DNA of 64,000 nucleotides from an uncultured Candidatus Rokubacteria bacterium (GTDB lineage Bacteria > Methylomirabilota > Methylomirabilia > Rokubacteriales > CSP1-6), in the NCBI GenBank assembly GCA_963721815.1, contig CAVRLO010000017.1:1438-65437 (forward strand). Reading direction: 5' to 3'. The position numbers and the translations under genes are program-made. Under the pieces are notes generated by a model. The model searched no databases. It had not been told where the DNA came from and saw only the letters and a list, made by a program, of their open reading frames with translations. Shown here piece by piece: positions 58,661-64,000 of the stretch (position 1 is its first letter; each line of letters begins with the position of its first letter).

Positions 58661-60730
58661 TCACCTCCTCGCCCTGGCGATCTGCGCCCGGGCGGCGTCG
58701 ATGACGTTCTCGGCGACGAACCCGAACTTCTTCTGCAGCTCTTTCAGCGGCGCCGACGCCCCGAAGGTCTCCATGCCGATGCTGTGGCCGTGCCGGCCGA
58801 CGTACCGCGCCCACCCGAGCGTGGCGCCCTGTTCCACCGAGACGCGCGCGGTCACGGCGTCCGGCAGCACCTGCTCGCGATAGTCGGGATGCTCGCGACA
58901 GTACTGCTCGAACAGCTCCCAGGAAGGCATGCTCACCACCCGGGCTCGGATGCCCTCGGCCTTGAGCTTTTCGTACGCCTCGATACAGAGGGCGACTTCA
59001 CTGCCGGTGGCGAGCAGCAGGACGTCCGGCGTGCCGTCGTCGGCATCCGCGAGCACGTACGCGCCGCGCTGCAGGCCATCCGCGGAGGCGTATCGCGTCC
59101 GGTCCAGGATCGGCACCGCTTGCCGCGTCAGGATCAGCGCCACCGGCTCGTGGCGGAGCTGCATGATCACGCGCCAGGCTTCGACCGCTTCGTTGGCATC
59201 CGCCGGTCGAAGCGTGATCAATCCGGGAATCGCGCGGAGGGACGCCAGATGCTCCACCGGCTGGTGGGTCGGTCCGTCTTCCCCCACGCCGATCGAATCG
59301 TGGGTGAAGATGTAGATCACCGGAATCTCCATCAACGCGCTCAACCGGATCGCCGCGCGGCCGTAGTCGCTGAAGATCAGGAATCCCGACCCGAACGGTC
59401 GAATCTTGGAGAGCGACAACCCGTTGAGCACGGCGCCCATGGCGTGCTCCCGGATGCCGAAGTGGAGATTCCGGCCCGCTCGATGCTCGGCGCTGAAATC
59501 CCCGGCGCCTTCGAAGCTCAGACGCGTCTTGCACGAGGGCCCGAGATCGGCCGACCCGCCCAGCAGCCACGGCACGTTCTCGGCCAGCACGTTCAACGTC
59601 TGGCCCGATGCGTCGCGGGTCGCGAGGCCTTTGGGATCCGCGACGAATGCCGGTAATCCCTTGTCCCAGCCGTCCGGCAGCTCCCGCCGCAGCATGCGGT
59701 AGCCCTGCTCGGCGAGCTCGGGATACTCGCGTCTGTACGCTTCGAACCTGGTCCACCACGCGGCATGGAGCGCCTGCCCCCGCGCGCCGATGCCGGCCTC
59801 GAAGTGTTCGCGTACCCCCTCGGGGACGAGGAACTCCGCGTCCTCGGGCCAGCCATAACTGCGCTTCGCGAGCTTGATTTCCTCCCGGCCCAACGGCTCG
59901 CCGTGCGCCGCGCTCGTATCCTGCTTGTGCGGCGCACCGTAGGCGATGTGGCTATCGACGATCACGAGCGTGGGGCGATCGGTCGTGTGCTTGAACGTCT
60001 CGAAAGCCCGCTCGAGCATCTCGAGATCGTTGGCGTCGCCCACCCGTGTGACGTTCCAGCCGTACCCGATGAAGCGGGTGGCGACGTCGTCGCTGTAGGC
60101 CAACGCCGTGTTGCCCTCGATGGTGATGTGGTTGTTGTCGTAGATCCAGCACAGGTTCGCGAGCTTGAGGTGCCCGGCCAGCGAGGCGGCCTCGCCGGAG
60201 ATCCCTTCCATCATGCAGCCGTCGCCGCACAGCGCGTAGACGTCGTAGTCGAACAGGTCGAACCCCGGCCGGTTGAAGTAGCTTGCCAGCCAGCGCTCGG
60301 CGATGGCCATCCCGACGCTCGTCGCCACGCCCTGTCCCAGTGGCCCGGTGGTCGTCTCGACGCCCGACGTCCAGCGATACTCCGGGTGCCCGGGACACTT
60401 GCTGTCGAGCTGTCGGAAGCGCTTGATGTCCTCCAGCGTCACCGACAGCTGTCCGAGGGTTTCGTACTTGGGGTTGACCGCGCTGACTCCGGTCAGGTGG
60501 AGCATGGCGTAGAGCAGCATGGAGGCGTGGCCGGCGGACAAGACGAATCGGTCGCGATTGGGCCAGATCGGATGGCTGGGATCGAAGCGCAGGAAGCGTT
60601 GCCACAGGCAGTAGACCACCGGCGCCAGCGCCATCGGCGTTCCCGGGTGCCCGGAGTTCGCCCGTTGTACGGCGTCCATGGCCAGCGTGCGGATGGTGTT
60701 CACGCAAAGCTCGTCCATCGTCTTGGTCAT
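58661..60730 (-). CDS. tkt: transketolase
   Basis: 689 aa, intact. ..SGHPGTPMALAP..GHASMLLY..GPLGQG..CGDGCMMEG..THDSIGVGEDGPTHQP... Confidence 0.95.
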   Translation of the reverse strand: MTKTMDELCVNTIRTLAMDAVQRANSGHPGTPMALAPVVYCLWQRFLRFDPSHPIWPNRDRFVLSAGHASMLLYAMLHLTGVSAVNPKYETLGQLSVTLEDIKRFRQLDSKCPGHPEYRWTSGVETTTGPLGQGVATSVGMAIAERWLASYFNRPGFDLFDYDVYALCGDGCMMEGISGEAASLAGHLKLANLCWIYDNNHITIEGNTALAYSDDVATRFIGYGWNVTRVGDANDLEMLERAFETFKHTTDRPTLVIVDSHIAYGAPHKQDTSAAHGEPLGREEIKLAKRSYGWPEDAEFLVPEGVREHFEAGIGARGQALHAAWWTRFEAYRREYPELAEQGYRMLRRELPDGWDKGLPAFVADPKGLATRDASGQTLNVLAENVPWLLGGSADLGPSCKTRLSFEGAGDFSAEHRAGRNLHFGIREHAMGAVLNGLSLSKIRPFGSGFLIFSDYGRAAIRLSALMEIPVIYIFTHDSIGVGEDGPTHQPVEHLASLRAIPGLITLRPADANEAVEAWRVIMQLRHEPVALILTRQAVPILDRTRYASADGLQRGAYVLADADDGTPDVLLLATGSEVALCIEAYEKLKAEGIRARVVSMPSWELFEQYCREHPDYREQVLPDAVTARVSVEQGATLGWARYVGRHGHSIGMETFGASAPLKELQKKFGFVAENVIDAARAQIARARR

Positions 60731-60768
60731 CGTTGGCTACCTCAGTCGGACCTTGGCGCAGCTCCTTC

Positions 60769-61032
60769 TCAGTGGGTGCAGACGCCTGGCACCCACGATC
60801 CATTTGGCGCCAGGCATTGGCAAGGCGTTCCGGGTTGGACAGTCACCGGAATGGCGCAGATTCCCCACTGTGTCGAGCAGACGCGGATGAGTGGATACGG
60901 ATAGTCGGGTGGCAAAAGCTGATAGAAGGGCGGAGCAGGAAGCTGTTGCGCAGTCGCCGGGACAACGAACGCGACTGCCAGTAGGCTGATCGATATTGCT
61001 CGTGTCAACACGTTGAGTCTCCTGGTCGGCAT
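60769..61032 (-). CDS. small secreted Cys-rich hypothetical protein
   Basis: Signal peptide ..ISISLLAVAFVVPATAQQ, then a Pro/Tyr-rich stretch and 5 Cys (..RVCSTQWGICAIP..TPCQCLAPNGSWVPGVC). A GTG at 61011 after AGGAGA is an alternative start. Confidence 0.55.
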   Translation of the reverse strand: MPTRRLNVLTRAISISLLAVAFVVPATAQQLPAPPFYQLLPPDYPYPLIRVCSTQWGICAIPVTVQPGTPCQCLAPNGSWVPGVCTH

Positions 61033-61042
61033 AACTGTCTGC

Positions 61043-63452
61043 TCAGACGTTGTCGGCCTCCGTCGAACGCCCGCCTGCCGATGCCCCGGCGCCTTGCCCC
61101 CACTTCCAGCCCGTGATCTCGGGCATGTCGTCGCCGTGCCGCGCGATGTACGCCTTGTGCTCCATCAGCTTGTCGCGGATCGCCTGCTTGGCGTAGGCGG
61201 CGCGCGCGCCGAGCTTCGGGACGCGATCGATCACGTCGCTGACCAGGTGGAAGCGGTCGAGGTCGTTCAGCACGCACATGTCGAACGGCGTGGTGGTGGT
61301 GCCCTCTTCCTTGTAGCCGCGCACGTGGAGGTTCTTGTGGCCGTTGCGCCGGTAGGTCAGCCGGTGGATGAGCCACGGGTAGCCGTGGAAGGCGAACACG
61401 ATCGGCTTGTCCGTCGTGAACAGGGCGTCGAAATCCTGGTCGGACAGCCCGTGCGGGTGCTCGCTGGGCGGCTGCAGCTTCATGAGGTCTACGACGTTGA
61501 TGACGCGGACCTTCAGGTCCGGCGCGTGCCGGCGGAGAAGGTCGACGGCGGCCAGCGTCTCCAGCGTGGGGACGTCTCCGCAGCACGCCATGACGACGTC
61601 GGGCTCGGCGTCCCGGTCGTTGCTCGCCCACTCCCAGATTCCGAGCCCGGCCGTGCAGTGCTTGATCGCCTCGTCCATCGTGAGCCACTGCGGCGCCGGC
61701 TGCTTGCCGGCGACGATCACGTTGACGTAGTTGCGGCTGCGCAGGCAGTGGTCGGTGACGGAGAGCAGGCAGTTGGCGTCGGGCGGCAAGTACACGCGGA
61801 CGACCTCGGCTTTCTTGTTCACGACATGGTCGATGAAGCCGGGGTCCTGGTGGCTGAAGCCGTTGTGGTCCTGGCGCCAGACGTGGGAGGACAGGAGATA
61901 GTTGAGCGAGGCGATGGGGCGACGCCAGGGGATGTGGTTGCAGACCTTCAGCCACTTGGCGTGCTGGTTGAACATCGCGTCGATGATGTGAATGAAGGCC
62001 TCGTAGCACGAGAAGAAGCCGTGGCGACCGGTCAGCAGATAGCCCTCGAGCCAGCCCTGGCACTGGTGCTCGCTGAGCATCTCCATGACCCGGCCGTCGG
62101 GGGCCAGGTGGTCGTCCCACGGATGGGTCTCCGCCATCCAGGCGCGATTCGTGACCTCGAGCACGTCCTGCCAGCGGTTCGAGTTGTTCTCGTCGGGGCT
62201 GAAGAGCCGGAAGTTCCGGGCCTCCATGTTGAGCTTCATCACGTCCCGAAGGAACTTCCCCATGACCCGGGTCGACTCGGCGGTCACGGCGCCGGGGGCC
62301 GGCACGGTCACGGCGTAGTCGCGGAAGTCGGGCAGGCGCAGGTCGCGAAGGAGCAGCCCGCCATTGGTGTGCGGGTTGGCGCTCATGCGGCGGCTGCCTC
62401 GAGGCGGCAGCGCGGCCAGCTCGGGCCGGAGCCGACCGGTGTCGCCGAAGAGCTCCTCGGGCTTGTAGCTCTTCATCCACTGTTCGAGGAGGCTCACGTG
62501 GCCCGGGTTGTCGTGCATCTCACCCATCGGGACCTGGTGCGAGCGCCAGTAGTCCTCCGTTCGCTTTCCGTCGATCTCCGTGGGACAGGTCCAGCCCTTC
62601 GGGGTGCGCAGGATGATCATGGGCCAGCGTGGGCGCGCGCTGCCGCCGTCACGGCGCGCGTCGTCCTTGATCCGCTGGATGTCCGAGACGATCGCGTCGA
62701 GCGTCTCCGCCATGAGCTGATGCATTGCCACGGGCTCGTTGCCCTCGACGAAGTAGGGGGTGTAGCCGTAACCGCGGAACAGCTGGTCCAGCTCCTCGTG
62801 GCTGATCCGGGCCAGGACGGTGGGATTGGCGATCTTGTAGCCGTTGAGATGCAGGATCGGCAGGACCACGCCGTCCGTCACCGGGCTCAGAAACTTGTTG
62901 GAATGCCAGCTCGTCGCCAGCGGCCCCGTCTCCGCCTCGCCGTCGCCGACCACGCAGGCGACGATGAGGTCCGGGTTGTCGAACGCGGCCCCGTACGCAT
63001 GCGAGACCGCGTACCCCAGCTCGCCCCCCTCGTGCATCGAGCCCGGGAGTTTCTGGCGCGACGTGGCTCGGAATCCCGCCGGGGAACGAGAACTGGGTGA
63101 AGAGACGCTTCATGCCCTCCTCGTCCGGGGAGATATTCGGATAGACCTCGCTGTAGGTTCCTTCCAGATAGGCGTTCGCGACCAGGCCGGGCCCGCCGTG
63201 CCCCGGCCCGGTGATGTAGAGCATGTTGAGGTCGTATTTCTTGATCACGCGGTTCAGGTGGGCATAGATGAAGTTCAGGCCGGGCGTGGTGCCCCAGTGC
63301 CCGAGGAGCCGCGGCTTGACGTGCTCCTTCGTGAGCGGCTTCTTGAGCAGCGGGTTGTCATAGAGATAGATCTGGCCGACCGACAGGTAGTTGGCGGCGC
63401 GCCAGTACGCATCGATGAGCGCGAGTTCCTTGTCCGAGAGCGGGCTTCCCAT
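61043..63452 (-). pseudogene. xfp: phosphoketolase (Xfp) with a single frame change at CCCGGG (63042-63047)
   Basis: N-terminus [53 protein letters not shown] (ORF 62649..63452). Then [39 protein letters not shown].. to the end (ORF 61043..63037). AGGAGGG Shine-Dalgarno. Confidence 0.85.
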
Positions 63453-63528
63453 GATGCCCTCCTGATGATTCGAATGGCGTCTTCACGTGCGGCGATCGCC
63501 GGGCGACGGGCCCGGCGGATCGTCCCTC

Positions 63529-64000
63529 TCAGTCGTCGTGCACCTCATGGCGTTGCGCCGGGCTCGCCGGGATCGCCTCCATGTCATCGGTGTATCGGCC
63601 GAGACTGGCGGCTCCGTTGCACCGGGCCCGATGCGATAGCGCCTCCTGGGCGGCCTTCACGTTCTCGTCGCGCCCGTGCCACGTCTCCAGCGCGGCATCT
63701 TGAAGGGCGCGCCCGTAGGAGAAGCTGAGCTTCCAGGGCTTGGGCCCGGGCAGCCGATTGATCGCGTTCAGATGGGCGGTGGCCAGCCGGTCGCTCTGAC
63801 CGCCCGACAGGAACACGATGCCGGGCACCGCCGCGGGCACGGTCCGGAGCAGGCAGCGCAGCGTCGCCGTCCCGACCTCCTGCACGGCCGCGGGACGCGA
63901 GCTCGCCTTGCCCGGGACGACCATGTTGGGCTTGAGCAGCATGGACTCGAGCGCGACCCGCTGCTCGAAGAGGGCCTGGAACACGGCGTGCAGCACCATG
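63529..64000 (-). CDS. fba: class I fructose-bisphosphate aldolase, 3' part (gene continues beyond the right edge)
   Basis: ..LLKPNMVVPG..VPGIVFLSGGQS..ATAHLNAIN..PWKLSFSYGRALQ.. is the C-terminal half of class I FBA, including the Schiff-base Lys context. Confidence 0.9.
   Translation of the reverse strand, partial: MVLHAVFQALFEQRVALESMLLKPNMVVPGKASSRPAAVQEVGTATLRCLLRTVPAAVPGIVFLSGGQSDRLATAHLNAINRLPGPKPWKLSFSYGRALQDAALETWHGRDENVKAAQEALSHRARCNGAASLGRYTDDMEAIPASPAQRHEVHDD

Overview
High-GC bacterial chromosomal segment, roughly two-thirds G+C by eye. It has lower-GC islets at about 6.4-7.3 kb, 11.9-12.4 kb, 13.3-13.6 kb and 26.6-27.2 kb. Most real genes lie on the minus strand, and long Arg/Ala/Gly/Pro-rich shadow ORFs on the opposite strand are ignored.

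Intact content is mostly catabolic and transport genes:
- 13.6-20.6 kb: a cyclic-amide island with hydantoinase, a PuuE-like deacetylase, TRAP DctPQM, RidA and a formamidase.
- 20.9-26.6 kb: ThiE, a family III CoA-transferase, a YitJ-type homocysteine methyltransferase/MTHFR fusion and a D-aminoacylase.
- 27.2-34.7 kb: a Bbs-like block with two translationally coupled family III CoA-transferases, a thiolase and a DUF35 protein, next to 2-hydroxyacid dehydrogenase, LLM oxidoreductase and amidohydrolase_2 genes.
- 38.5-47.6 kb: a signalling block with a mosaic sensor kinase, a FixJ-type regulator, DedA, a stand-alone receiver, a sigma-54 activator and a DUF3772/MscS channel.
- 48.1-54.8 kb: an Mla/MCE lipid-transport locus.
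- 55.3-64.0 kb: a pentose-phosphate/phosphoketolase cluster (tal-pgi, rpiB, tkt, xfp, class I fba).

No rRNA gene, complete tRNA gene or CRISPR array was seen.

The most unusual material is not any single gene:
1. A short leader/start-codon module of an expanded ABC substrate-binding-protein family recurs five times. Two of the copies are orphans.
2. Two other unexplained repeat families exist. One is a 51-nt element that reads as a Trp-rich mini-ORF after two flavoenzyme genes. The other is a pair of paralogous ~140-bp 5' regions flanking dedA, with co-varying, mutually exclusive pairing segments.
3. A tRNA 3'-end-like fragment sits in an AT-richer gap.
4. Gene fragments and frameshifted genes are very dense. 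They include SBP paralogues, kinase, integrase, IS, M48, M50, ackA, ndh, mlaA and tal-pgi. Some frame changes sit in short homopolymers, so assembly error and real decay cannot be separated from sequence alone.

I see no recognisable defence, RiPP or secretion system. The candidates for something undescribed are the repeat/regulatory elements and the two catabolic islands. The taxon is unknown. The SBP expansion plus F420/LLM enzymes resembles soil MAG lineages, but that is speculation.
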